Origin: a bacterium
Lineage (GTDB): Bacteria > JAMCPX01
Direction: 5' to 3'
DNA length: 64,000 nucleotides
Assembly (NCBI GenBank): GCA_037439545.1
Contig: JBBIVV010000001.1
Location: forward strand, 35,469 to 99,468
In this document: in pieces, positions 18,545 to 27,933 of the stretch
Layout of the letters: every line of letters begins with the position of its first letter
How positions within the stretch are numbered: position 1 is the first letter of the stretch
Made by a program: the position numbers and the translations under genes
Notes under the pieces: generated by a model
The model's database searches: none
The model's input: the letters and a program-made list of their open reading frames with translations, nothing else
Told to the model about the DNA's origin: nothing

Positions 18545-19630
18545 TCAATGTTTGCTTTTATGTTTGTACCGGTGTTTGATTTGCGCAGGACTTTTCAAGG
18601 TATGACTATGTTTTGTGTTTATGTAATCCTTGGCCCACGGATCATCTTTGTAAGATTCTATCCAGTCAATCTTCTTGAAGTATTTGGAACAGTAAAAGCA
18701 GGAGAAGTAATCAAGTTCCGTAATACCGCCGTTCTTTATCAGGTCTATCTTATCTTTGTTGAATTTGTTAATCGCGTCTGCCCACATTTTATGCGCATCA
18801 AACAGGCTGACCGTGTTAAGGTCTGCTATTATATCGAGTTCGTCCGGCGACCCCGTGTAGCCGGATATCTGGCAGCAGAAGGTAAGCCTGCCTTTGTAAT
18901 CAATATTCGGCGAGTACATGGTGAGCGCCCTGCACTGGTAGAACAGGACGGGCTCATGATGTCCGAGAGAAAAGTTTATATCGATCTTCATTATGCTCTT
19001 TAACTTCTCGACCCTCTGTTCCGCTTCCCTGTATTGTTCGGGAGATAGTACGAGGTCCTGTTCGAATGCGAGGGGGGTCGGCTCAAGGTGCGCATAGAAA
19101 AGCCTTTTCAGACCGAGTTCAGATGCAAGGACCGCCATTTTTTCTATGTCATCGAAGTTTTTTTTATTTACCGTGATCTGAACGCTTATGTCGATGCCTT
19201 TTACCTTCAGTATGCTTATTGCCTGCATTATCTTTCTGAACGAGCCTTTTCCTCTGATATAATCATGGGTCTCGTCCGTTGCACCGTCTAAAGAAATAGA
19301 AATGCCGGATAGTTTACCGAGCCTGCCCGGTGATTCCGGGTCATTCAGCGTTTTCCATACAGAGGGAAAGTTCCATGCATTTGTGACAAAATGGTATGTA
19401 TATCCATACCGGACAACTGTATCTATGATCTTATCGAACTGGGGATGCAGCGTCGGCTCACCTCCGGTAAAGGCAATGTGCTTAAGGTTGTATGACTTTG
19501 CCTGCTTCAGGATCTTATCGAAAAGTTCGAGTGATATATAACTCTTCATATCGACCTTATCCCTTAAACAGTGCCTGCAGGATAGATTGCATTTATTGGT
19601 AAGCTCAAAGCTCATTTCATAAAATGACAT
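18545..19630 (-). CDS. Radical SAM / SPASM-domain protein (peptide- or protein-modifying maturase type)
   Basis: CNLSCRHC (CxxxCxxC) at residues 14-21; C-terminal Cys-rich region (FCCQISGY...CFYCSKYF) consistent with a SPASM/twitch auxiliary cluster domain; 361 aa. Confidence 0.7.
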   Translation of the reverse strand: MSFYEMSFELTNKCNLSCRHCLRDKVDMKSYISLELFDKILKQAKSYNLKHIAFTGGEPTLHPQFDKIIDTVVRYGYTYHFVTNAWNFPSVWKTLNDPESPGRLGKLSGISISLDGATDETHDYIRGKGSFRKIMQAISILKVKGIDISVQITVNKKNFDDIEKMAVLASELGLKRLFYAHLEPTPLAFEQDLVLSPEQYREAEQRVEKLKSIMKIDINFSLGHHEPVLFYQCRALTMYSPNIDYKGRLTFCCQISGYTGSPDELDIIADLNTVSLFDAHKMWADAINKFNKDKIDLIKNGGITELDYFSCFYCSKYFKKIDWIESYKDDPWAKDYINTKHSHTLKSPAQIKHRYKHKSKH

Positions 19631-19639
19631 GTTTTCTCC

Positions 19640-20599
19640 TTATTCCTTTATACCGTCTAACACGATCAAAGGATTTTTCAAAAGATCCCTGCCGCAGAAA
19701 CACCGGTAGGCTTTCGTCTGATGCAAGAGTATCTTTAATGCATGCATATGGCGGTCTGCATGTATCTTATTGAAAAATACCATAAGTGATTGAGGCAGAA
19801 GCATTGACATTGCCTGTGTTTCGCCGATGGGTTCCGTTATCGTTTTTTTGGTGCCTGTACGCTCAACGAAAAGTATAATATCAGGTGTGATACTATCAAT
19901 CGTTTTGAAATTTCCGTAGGGTATGGATGATTTTTTAAAAGGTGGTCTTGGCAGGCGCACATCTTTTAAGAGATGACTGAAATGCCGGATCGTATTTCCG
20001 GTTACATGGATATCTTTTTTAAAACCGATTGCTGATATTCTGTTCTTGCCCTGCTTCATGAGTACGGCATCATCGGCACACATCTTCCAGCCGTTGAAAG
20101 CAAGTCCGAGGGTAAGCGTCGTTTTTCCCGACATGCCCATTCCGCACACGAGGATAGAATGCCTGCCGTCGGTAACAGCTCCGGCATGCAGGTAATAGAG
20201 TTTATGATGCCTGAGGAGCTCTATGAGAGCTATTGTCAGAAAAATCGACACGAATTCAGTACCCCTTTTCAGGGTTGCAGAATCGACAAAAGCAATTGAT
20301 TTTCCTTCTTTTGCATGAACGATCATAAAAGTATTATCGTCCGATAATAACAGGGTATCATCATCAAGAATATATCCTTTTATTCTGCCGTAGGTAAATA
20401 ATAACGTAGTGCTCGCATCGGGTTTCAACGGTATCTTATGTGAAGTATAAAGTTTTATGTTTATATCATGAGGCTCGTTGCCGGATTGTGATGCGTTATA
20501 TCCCGCAAAGAATGCCTTTACAGTGCCGAGCAATACCTGTTCATCCGCTTCGATCAATATTCTTATTCCGGATATTTGAAATGAGAATCTTAAGTCCAT
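19640..20599 (-). CDS. HPr kinase/phosphorylase C-terminal-domain-like putative Ser/Thr kinase (HprK-related)
   Basis: LHAGAVTDGRHSILVCGMGMSGKTTLTLGLAFNGWKMCADDAVLM: P-loop (GxxxxGKT) in the HprK-like context (HAxAV...G.SG.GKSTLA...DD); 319 aa. Start overlaps the stop of the upstream nucleotidyltransferase. Confidence 0.55.
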   Translation of the reverse strand: MDLRFSFQISGIRILIEADEQVLLGTVKAFFAGYNASQSGNEPHDINIKLYTSHKIPLKPDASTTLLFTYGRIKGYILDDDTLLLSDDNTFMIVHAKEGKSIAFVDSATLKRGTEFVSIFLTIALIELLRHHKLYYLHAGAVTDGRHSILVCGMGMSGKTTLTLGLAFNGWKMCADDAVLMKQGKNRISAIGFKKDIHVTGNTIRHFSHLLKDVRLPRPPFKKSSIPYGNFKTIDSITPDIILFVERTGTKKTITEPIGETQAMSMLLPQSLMVFFNKIHADRHMHALKILLHQTKAYRCFCGRDLLKNPLIVLDGIKE

Positions 20600-21294
20600 T
20601 ATGAAAAAAGCCTTCTCGCAAGTTCTAATCTATCAATTTTGCCGATATCGATCCATAAGCCATTATGCACATATCCGGCAATAAGCCCGTTATTTTTAAG
20701 CAGCCCGGGATACATATGCACGGTTGTGGAAGGCTGTTTAATATTTACCGGTATATAATCCATTACGGATGGTTTTACGAATTGAATCCCGGTAAATATA
20801 TAGGGGGAAGTATCGGGGGAGGGGGTAAAAAGGCTTTTAATATATCCCTTACGGTCGAGATAGATGTTTGCGATATTAACCTCATTCTGTTTTGCTTTAT
20901 AGAGCACCATGACGGCATCGGCACCTCTGTCGTTCAACAGTGGAGGCAGGAGAGAAAGGTCGATGTCGAATAAAATATCGCTGTTTATGAGATAAAATGG
21001 CTCATCAAGGAATTTTTTTGCCCACAACAGTGCACCTGCAGTCCCCTGAATCTCAGGCTCATAGGAATAATGCAGATCTATTCCCTGTATTGAGCTGTTA
21101 CCGAGTTTCTCCCGGATCATTTCTCCAAGATGATGAAGGTTTATGATTACACTTTTCACGCCCGCCTTTTTTAGGGCGGCAAGCGTATGTTCGATGACCG
21201 GTTTGCCGTTTATATCGACAAGAGGCTTTGGAATGCTTTCAGTGATGGGCTTAAGCCTCGTTCCAAAGCCGGCTGCAAGTATCATTGCTTTCAT
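20599..21294 (-). CDS. Sugar-phosphate nucleotidyltransferase family protein
   Basis: MKAMILAAGFGTRLKPITESIPKPLVDINGKPVIEHTL: canonical NTP_transferase N-terminus (GxGTRL). Track ORF uses an upstream TTG (21318); the ATG at 21294 fits the family N-terminus. Confidence 0.75.
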   Translation of the reverse strand: MKAMILAAGFGTRLKPITESIPKPLVDINGKPVIEHTLAALKKAGVKSVIINLHHLGEMIREKLGNSSIQGIDLHYSYEPEIQGTAGALLWAKKFLDEPFYLINSDILFDIDLSLLPPLLNDRGADAVMVLYKAKQNEVNIANIYLDRKGYIKSLFTPSPDTSPYIFTGIQFVKPSVMDYIPVNIKQPSTTVHMYPGLLKNNGLIAGYVHNGLWIDIGKIDRLELARRLFS

Positions 21295-21516
21295 GATTAT
21301 CCTATTAACATAAAACAATTAAAACAAAATAACAACAGAGAGCCTATGCCAGGGTGCGCATGGAATGCGGTTGCATGTTTGTGAGCTGTGGCTCGATCGG
21401 TTTCTTGCAAAAAAATATATATTATGATATAAGTTAAAAACTTCTTTGTTGAAGCATTATCATTAAAAATACATGCCATGGTGCATGAAAGTATAACACT
21501 ATACGGAGGTGTCGGT

Positions 21517-22479
21517 TTGAAGTCATTGATTACAGGCGGGGCCGGGTTTATCGGTTCACATTTATGCGAGGAACTTTTAAAGAGGGGAGACGAACTCTTC
21601 ATACTGGATAATCTGTCGACGGGCAGTATGGATAATATAAAGCATATAAAAGACAGGAAAGGCTTTAACCTGATCATAGATTCGGTATTAAATAAACCTG
21701 TGCTCGAAGAATTGATGAGTAAATCAGACAGGGTATTCCATCTCGCTGCTGCCGTCGGAGTCAAATTGATCATGGAAAAGCCCGTCGATACCATTGAAAC
21801 AAATGTTCTTGGTACGGAGAATGTATTGAGTCTTGCAAACAAATACCGGAAAAAAGTGCTTATTGCATCTACATCGGAGGTATACGGCAAGCACAAGGAT
21901 CATACATTGAATGAACTCAGCAACATGGTTTTGGGTCCGACAAGGAAAAGAAGATGGGCTTATGCATGTACCAAGGCGCTGGATGAGTTTCTTGCGTTCG
22001 CTTACTTTGACGAGAAGAAATTGCCCGTCGTTGTGGTAAGATTTTTCAATACAATCGGTCCACGGCAGACGGGGCAATATGGAATGGTCGTTCCAAAATT
22101 TATAAAAAGTGCGCTTCTCGGTAACCCCATAACGGTATTTGGAAACGGCACACAGTCCAGAAGCTTTACGTATGTAAAAGATGCGGTAAGAGCTGTGCTT
22201 ATGCTTATGGACAATCCTGCCGCCGAGGGCGAAGTATTTAACATAGGCGATGGAAGGGAAATAACCGTGCTCGAACTTGCAAAAAAAATAAAAGAGCTTA
22301 CCAAAAGTTCCTCGGAGATTACTTTTGTTTCTTATGATGATGCTTATGGCAAGGGATTTGAAGATATGGAGAGACGTGCTCCTGACATATCCAAGATACG
22401 GCAATTGATAGGCTATGAACCGTCGGTCAACCTCAATCAGAGTTTAGAGATTATCATTCAACATATGAAGAACGGATAA
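21517..22479 (+). CDS. NAD-dependent epimerase/dehydratase (UDP-glucuronate decarboxylase / 4-epimerase-like SDR)
   Basis: LITGGAGFIGSHLCEELLKRGDELFILDNLSTG; YxxxK later. Probable TTG start at 21517 after the SD ACGGAGGTG; the track ORF begins upstream at 21478. Confidence 0.8.
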   Translation: MKSLITGGAGFIGSHLCEELLKRGDELFILDNLSTGSMDNIKHIKDRKGFNLIIDSVLNKPVLEELMSKSDRVFHLAAAVGVKLIMEKPVDTIETNVLGTENVLSLANKYRKKVLIASTSEVYGKHKDHTLNELSNMVLGPTRKRRWAYACTKALDEFLAFAYFDEKKLPVVVVRFFNTIGPRQTGQYGMVVPKFIKSALLGNPITVFGNGTQSRSFTYVKDAVRAVLMLMDNPAAEGEVFNIGDGREITVLELAKKIKELTKSSSEITFVSYDDAYGKGFEDMERRAPDISKIRQLIGYEPSVNLNQSLEIIIQHMKNG

Positions 22480-22521
22480 TTTGCCCCGTGTGGAGACGTA
22501 GTCCTCCAACAGTGTTTACCG

Positions 22522-23886
22522 CTATTTTATCGTTGCGATAACACTCTGTGTTGCCGGAGAGATTACATAAATGGAATTGGTGAGTATGTCCGTGATGTAA
22601 GCCTGGTTCGTTATTTGATCCATAATGACATTTTCCGGAAACCCGATTCCCGTCAGTATCTTGATATTCTGAGCCGCTATCGTATTGAACGTGAACATAT
22701 CATTGTTGTTCAGCGCTGTTGTGCCCGGGTTTATATAAAATGATACCCCATCGTTTATACTGTCAAAAAATGTCCCGTTACGTGCAGGGTTTGCCTGCAG
22801 TCCTGAAACAGTCCCCGCGACAGTATAATTTTTTGCACCTGAATTATAAACGACTGTCCATATCTCGGATTGTGTCGTGCAATCATTGGTAATAATGGAT
22901 TGTATTGAGGATGCCAAGGAAGCAGGAATGGAGCTTGTGAGCCTAAGTCCCGTGAATGAGCTTGGTGTCAAAGGTATATTGCACCCGTGGTCGATATTCA
23001 AGAAATGTATGTATCCATTCGCATTGGCAACAATCCCGAGATATGAAAAATGATCGTCATCGAGCGCTACTCTCTGCGGTGTGATGGTGAAATCATAAGG
23101 TATGCCCGGCACAGTGAATTCATAACCCGTAATGCCGTTTTCTGTGTTTATAGATTCGAAGTTGTAGCCTGTAGAAGTATATACCATCGCATAAAGCATG
23201 GTATTCGCATACTGATTGACAATGCCGCCGATAACGGAAACGGGATAATCCGTAACAATCCTCTTAATCTCTATAAGGGTGTACGGATCCAACACGGATA
23301 TGAACGGCTGATCATTAGATGAAACAAACAGTTCACGGTTGTCAGGCCCTGTTATCATCGATGACGGAGTAAACGTTAAACTGGTGAATGTCGACGGCGT
23401 TATGACATTGCTGACGGTAAATGATTCGAGATAAAAATTGTCATTCTGTGCATCAAGGACGAATAGCGTCGAAGTCTGGGGAATGAGCAGTGTTTTCAGC
23501 GGATAGCCTCTCAGATATATGGTGCTCGTCGTCTGGTTTGTCAGAAGGTTCAATGATTCAAGCAAACCCGCAGCTTGCGTGAATCCCGCAACATAGAGAT
23601 AACTGTCGTTATATGCGAGTGATTTTGGATACATATTCATCTGCAGCGCATGGGTTCCTGCCGGGGTCGTAATCGGCATGACGCTGTTTGTCGCTGTGTT
23701 TATTTCCGATATGGTACCGGTAAATGTGTTTGCGACAAAGAGTGTTCTTGTATTCGATAAAGGCAGATAACCGAGGGTCATTGCAGACGGATAGGTAAAG
23801 TTGGTTTGGGTCGATGATGTCGAACTGCATGCAGAAACCATGAGCAGGAGAATAAAAGACAGGGATGCCTGAATAATCTTTTTCAT
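22522..23886 (-). CDS. YVTN-family beta-propeller repeat lipoprotein
   Basis: Lipobox LLLMVSAC; repeated YVTN/NHL-like units (QAYITDILTNSIYVISPAT...); C-terminus similar to its upstream paralogue; start overlaps the upstream stop (ATGA). Confidence 0.5.
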   Translation of the reverse strand: MKKIIQASLSFILLLMVSACSSTSSTQTNFTYPSAMTLGYLPLSNTRTLFVANTFTGTISEINTATNSVMPITTPAGTHALQMNMYPKSLAYNDSYLYVAGFTQAAGLLESLNLLTNQTTSTIYLRGYPLKTLLIPQTSTLFVLDAQNDNFYLESFTVSNVITPSTFTSLTFTPSSMITGPDNRELFVSSNDQPFISVLDPYTLIEIKRIVTDYPVSVIGGIVNQYANTMLYAMVYTSTGYNFESINTENGITGYEFTVPGIPYDFTITPQRVALDDDHFSYLGIVANANGYIHFLNIDHGCNIPLTPSSFTGLRLTSSIPASLASSIQSIITNDCTTQSEIWTVVYNSGAKNYTVAGTVSGLQANPARNGTFFDSINDGVSFYINPGTTALNNNDMFTFNTIAAQNIKILTGIGFPENVIMDQITNQAYITDILTNSIYVISPATQSVIATIK

Positions 23887-25283
23887 TTTAATGTGCCCAC
23901 AATAGTAAAATTGGTCAGATCTATAACGTCAAGATTGTTGTCCCCATAATTCAACTCGTAAAGATAGTGCTGATCCGGAGATAGAACCATTGAAAATGGA
24001 CCTTGCCCGACACTGATTCTTCCTATCACTGATTCCGTATTGGTATCGATGACGTAGATTGTATTGGAGTTATAGCATGCTACATAAAGCGTAGAGCCGT
24101 CAGCGCTGAGCGCCATGGCCTCTGGAGATTTGCCGACTTTAATGTAGTTTTCAACCGTATTGCTGCCGGTAGCGATGACAACGACGCTGTCCAGCCCCTT
24201 ATAACTGACGAAAACTTTTCTCATGTCCGGCGTCATGACGATGCCTTTCGTCACAGGAGTAGCAGTGCCTATACCTGCACCGGGAAGGTTCGGTATGTTT
24301 ATCAAACCGCTCGATGCGGTCGTATAAAAAGTAAAGCTTTCTCCGGATACGAACGGATAAACCGGATCGTAGATCGTGAAGCCGGCATCACCGTTATCCG
24401 ATGTATAAGGTATGCCTGCACGCGCATGTGCTTTCATAGGTCCTGAAACAGAACCGTTTACTAAAAAATCGGATGTTGCCGGTGTAAAACTTAATGTCCA
24501 TTCCTCTGATTTGGTCTGACAATTTTGTGTTTGCACGGACGACATAGTCTCAGTCCTGCCATAGGTATTTGTGTTGAATACGGGCAGGGTAGCAGAGCTT
24601 GGAAACATCGGATTGAACTCGCAATGATTATTTATCGAAACAACGGATATGTTGTTGTCAGCGCCTCTTGCTATATATGCATACATGTCCGGAGGTTGAT
24701 TATTAATAACAACCGGTGACGGTGTAACGACAGCATTTAAAGGGGATGCCCCCAAACCATTATTTGTCAATTGGATTCTGTAGAGCTCCTTCTGCTGTAT
24801 CGAAGAAATTATGGATACGTCATTTCCCGAGAGATTACATGAAAGCATCAACTGATCCCCGTCTACGCTGCCTATCGGTACCACTGCCGTGGGGTTTTGA
24901 TCGACCTGTATACCCGATGTTATCGTATTTATTGCAGTATCAAAAATTAAAATTCTGCTGTTTGATCTGTCTGTAAGCCAGAGGAGTCCTGTCGATGAAA
25001 GGTATGCACCGGCAATGTACGATATGTCCGATCCTTTATAGCGCATCGGTGCAACATTGGAATAAGAAGGTTGAGTGGGCGATGACAGCGAAATCATGGA
25101 TATATAGCTTGAACAATATCTCGCATCAGCATTGCTGTTTAGAACATAAAGAAAGTTGTCCTGCTTCATAATCATAGACACAGGTCCATCCATGGAATTT
25201 AAAGGCGGAGGTGTGCATTTTGGCGTATAGACACAGCCCCCGGAAAACACCGCTAAAAATGTCATTATAATTACATTTTTCAT
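23883..25283 (-). CDS. YVTN-family beta-propeller repeat lipoprotein (paralogue of 22522-23886)
   Basis: MKNVIIMTFLAVFSGGC lipobox start at 25283, overlapping the yidC stop (TGATG); repeats such as TLYVACYNSNTIYVIDTNTESVIGRISVG match the 40-residue YVTN beta-propeller repeat. Confidence 0.55.
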   Translation of the reverse strand: MKNVIIMTFLAVFSGGCVYTPKCTPPPLNSMDGPVSMIMKQDNFLYVLNSNADARYCSSYISMISLSSPTQPSYSNVAPMRYKGSDISYIAGAYLSSTGLLWLTDRSNSRILIFDTAINTITSGIQVDQNPTAVVPIGSVDGDQLMLSCNLSGNDVSIISSIQQKELYRIQLTNNGLGASPLNAVVTPSPVVINNQPPDMYAYIARGADNNISVVSINNHCEFNPMFPSSATLPVFNTNTYGRTETMSSVQTQNCQTKSEEWTLSFTPATSDFLVNGSVSGPMKAHARAGIPYTSDNGDAGFTIYDPVYPFVSGESFTFYTTASSGLINIPNLPGAGIGTATPVTKGIVMTPDMRKVFVSYKGLDSVVVIATGSNTVENYIKVGKSPEAMALSADGSTLYVACYNSNTIYVIDTNTESVIGRISVGQGPFSMVLSPDQHYLYELNYGDNNLDVIDLTNFTIVGTLK

Positions 25284-26986
25284 CAATATTTTTTTAAAAT
25301 GTAATACTGCTGTCCTATGCTGAATAAATTGTTTACAGTCCAGTAGAGGGCAAGCCCTGATGGGAATGACCATAGGATTACGGTCAGGAATATAGGCATG
25401 AACCACAGCATGAGCTTTGTTTGTGTAGGGTCAGCCGTAGTTGGGGTAAGCAATTGCTGCGCAAACATGGTTATGCCCATAATCAGCGGTAATACATGTA
25501 TACCCACTGCAAAGTTCATAAGATGTATCGTTCCAATAGTGTCGGGAGAAGCCAGATCCTTTATCCACCACATAAAAGGCGCATGCCTTAACTCTATCGC
25601 CGCTAATAAGACCTCGTAGAGCGCTATAAAAACAGGTATTTGAAGGAGCATGGGCAGGCAGCCGCCTAAAGGGTTGACCTTGTAGCTTCTATACAGGTTT
25701 GTCGTCTCCCTGTACAACCGTTCTTTGTCATCCTTGTATTTCTCTTTGATCTCATTGATCTTCGGTGCCAGCTTCTGCATCTGACGCATTGATTTGTAAC
25801 TAATCTGACCGAGGGGAAATAGCAGGATCTTTATGAGGAGTGTCATAAGAACTATTGCCCAGCCGTAATTGCCGGTAAATCTATTGGTGAATCTGAGAAC
25901 AAAGAAGAGCGGTTTTGCAATTATATTTGCCCACCCGAAATAAAGCGCTCTATTTAAATCAGAGCCGGCGCTGTTCAGCACATCTATTGCCTTTGGACCC
26001 AGGAATACGGTATAAACCTTTTTTTCTGTCGTACGGGGCCCGATGGTTACAGGGTTATAAATATAGGTCAACAGCATGGGAGTTAAATTGTTATCGGTGG
26101 TATTTGTTTTTGTGGCATAAAGATGGGCGGCAGTGGACTCACCGGGCAGCACTGTCTGGATAAAATATCTATTTTCAAGCCCGAACCATTGAATGAATCC
26201 GTCGTACGATTTTGACAGGTTGAGGGATTTTGTCTCTATGGTTTCTCTGCTATCGTTTATCAATACAATCCCGTCTGCAATGTCATATTTTGAGCCGAGT
26301 TCCCCGGACAATCCACTCCAATTTACCCCGAGCCTTTCGGTCACGGATTTATTTGAACGGTTATCGAGTGAAATCTCGACTGTAGCGGTGTAAGAATTGC
26401 CGTAGAATGTTACGGTCTTCTTTATTCCAACAAGCGAATCATTGTACGCACAGATTATCCGGGCATCGTCTTCCTTATTTTTGATTGTAACGGTAAACCC
26501 TGTTACACGTTCATTTTTTCCCGAGGTCTTTTCTCTTGCTGAAGAATCTTTTAACGGGGTAAGGTCTGAGCACGTGTAGATTATGTTTGCCGGTACTGAA
26601 AAACTTGAACCATCAAAGCTCTCCCACATGGGGTAAGAGATATCGGGCGCATTACGGATAATATCGACAGAGGGACTATCTTTCTCAAGTTCTGTCTTAT
26701 AATTTTTTAGATACCAATGCATTATCGTAAGATTGTTTGTCGACAGCTCTGCGTCATAGAAGGGGGTGTTTATATGTATGGTTTTTGCATTGGCAGATTG
26801 TTTTTCTTTGTAGGACGGGCTAAAGTTCAGCTCCCCGGCCATTTTTTGCTGAGACATTTGTTGCCCGGATGTTTGCTGCCCCGCAGGCTGGACATTTGGT
26901 TTCTTCTGTACAGGTACGACGAACCATTGATATAATACCAATACAAGAAAAGACAGGACTATTGCTATGAGTGTTCTGTTTTCCAT
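25283..26986 (-). CDS. yidC: Membrane protein insertase YidC
   Basis: 567 aa; N-terminal TM, large periplasmic domain, C-terminal five-TM core (GCLPMLLQIPVFIALY...); sits in the rpmH-rnpA-yidD-yidC cluster. Confidence 0.85.
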   Translation of the reverse strand: MENRTLIAIVLSFLVLVLYQWFVVPVQKKPNVQPAGQQTSGQQMSQQKMAGELNFSPSYKEKQSANAKTIHINTPFYDAELSTNNLTIMHWYLKNYKTELEKDSPSVDIIRNAPDISYPMWESFDGSSFSVPANIIYTCSDLTPLKDSSAREKTSGKNERVTGFTVTIKNKEDDARIICAYNDSLVGIKKTVTFYGNSYTATVEISLDNRSNKSVTERLGVNWSGLSGELGSKYDIADGIVLINDSRETIETKSLNLSKSYDGFIQWFGLENRYFIQTVLPGESTAAHLYATKTNTTDNNLTPMLLTYIYNPVTIGPRTTEKKVYTVFLGPKAIDVLNSAGSDLNRALYFGWANIIAKPLFFVLRFTNRFTGNYGWAIVLMTLLIKILLFPLGQISYKSMRQMQKLAPKINEIKEKYKDDKERLYRETTNLYRSYKVNPLGGCLPMLLQIPVFIALYEVLLAAIELRHAPFMWWIKDLASPDTIGTIHLMNFAVGIHVLPLIMGITMFAQQLLTPTTADPTQTKLMLWFMPIFLTVILWSFPSGLALYWTVNNLFSIGQQYYILKKY

Positions 26987-26988
26987 GA

Positions 26989-27243
26989 TTATGGTACCTG
27001 GTCATCCCCGCCGGCGTGGAATGGATGACATTTCAGTATCCTTTTTGCCGACAGGAATCCGCCTTTAAAGATCCCATACCTGTTTATCGCAATAATTGAG
27101 TACTCAGAACATGTCGGATTGAATCTGCATGTCGCACCGAGCAGCGGTGAAATGAAGATCCTGTAAAGCTTAATGATATTGATTGCAAATATATCTGCAG
27201 CAGTCATGGTTTTTTGTTTTATAGTATATATTATTTTGATCAT
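26989..27243 (-). CDS. yidD: Membrane protein insertion efficiency factor YidD
   Basis: [58 protein letters not shown]: canonical YidD. Confidence 0.8.
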   Translation of the reverse strand: MIKIIYTIKQKTMTAADIFAINIIKLYRIFISPLLGATCRFNPTCSEYSIIAINRYGIFKGGFLSAKRILKCHPFHAGGDDQVP

Positions 27244-27258
27244 GTCACGGATCTTTTA

Positions 27259-27576
27259 TTAAATCTTCGTCACGTTTAACAACTCGTCTCTTACCTGTTC
27301 GTAGGAGATAGTGCCGATATTGTTCTTGGCTATAAAGATAAAATCAACTTTCTGCATCATAGTTTTATTTAACCTAAAGAATGCCCTGAGTAATCTTTTA
27401 ATCCTGTTCCGTTTTACAGCATTTCCGGCTTTTTTGCTCACTATAATCCCGAACCTTAGAATATTCAACGTGTTTGCATGTACCAATATTATAAAATGAC
27501 GGGATTCTCTTTTATAGCTGCTGCGTTTTAGTGTCTGATAATCCCTGGATGAAACAATCTTTTCCTGCCGGGACAG
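27259..27576 (-). CDS. rnpA: Ribonuclease P protein component RnpA (non-AUG start inferred)
   Basis: Frame translates LSRQEKIVSSRDYQTLKRSSYKRESRHFIILVHANTLNILRFGIIVSKKAGNAVKRNRIKRLLRAFFRL...; the RnpA N-terminal region lies upstream of the 75-aa GTG-initiated track ORF with no in-frame ATG. AGGAG sits 7 nt before a CTG at 27576, which I take as the start; the exact start is uncertain. Confidence 0.65.
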   Translation of the reverse strand: MSRQEKIVSSRDYQTLKRSSYKRESRHFIILVHANTLNILRFGIIVSKKAGNAVKRNRIKRLLRAFFRLNKTMMQKVDFIFIAKNNIGTISYEQVRDELLNVTKI

Positions 27577-27587
27577 GCCGCAGCTCC

Positions 27588-27743
27588 TTAGAATGGCTTG
27601 CCACCGATATCCACGGTCAAACGATGCCTGCCTTTCGATCTTCTTCTGCTTAAAACAGCTCTGCCTGTTTTGGTTTCCATACGTGACAGAAAACCATGAG
27701 TCCTCGACCTTTTAACGTTATGTGGTTGATATGTCCTTTTCAT
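27588..27743 (-). CDS. rpmH: 50S ribosomal protein L34
   Basis: Not in the ORF track (51 codons). ATG preceded by GGAG; translation [51 protein letters not shown] matches the L34 consensus (MKRTYQPS..KR.RTHGFR.RM.TK.GR.VL.RRR.KGRKRLTV) with a 7-aa C-terminal extension. Confidence 0.8.
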   Translation of the reverse strand: MKRTYQPHNVKRSRTHGFLSRMETKTGRAVLSRRRSKGRHRLTVDIGGKPF

Positions 27744-27933
27744 TTTTTCTCCAAATAGAATTTAGTATAATCTTGATTTAAAAAACACATAGAAACCTTA
27801 TTGTCAAGCAACTATACCGGAGTGACTGAAAAAATGAATCAAGAAACGGAGGCATGGTTCATGAAAATATCCCTCTTGACCAATAGATAAGATTACTATA
27901 TATTAAATAACATTAAATAAAAAAAATAAATAT

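Noticed and set aside
18545-19630. Radical SAM gene as the missing partner of the Memo-like (AmmeMemoRadiSam) gene at 5664-6467
   Set aside because: The CxxxCxxC sits at residues 14-21 with a SPASM-like Cys-rich C-terminus. The AmmeMemoRadiSam enzyme is PFL-activase-like with a different motif position, and the genes are 12 kb apart on unrelated operons.
21297-21896. 199-aa minus-strand ORF upstream of the nucleotidyltransferase, examined as a possible precursor peptide for the radical SAM cassette
   Set aside because: It is almost entirely antisense to the well-supported epimerase gene (21517-22479), has no SD and no peptide-like features; likely spurious. No convincing small precursor ORF was found in 21295-21480 on either strand.
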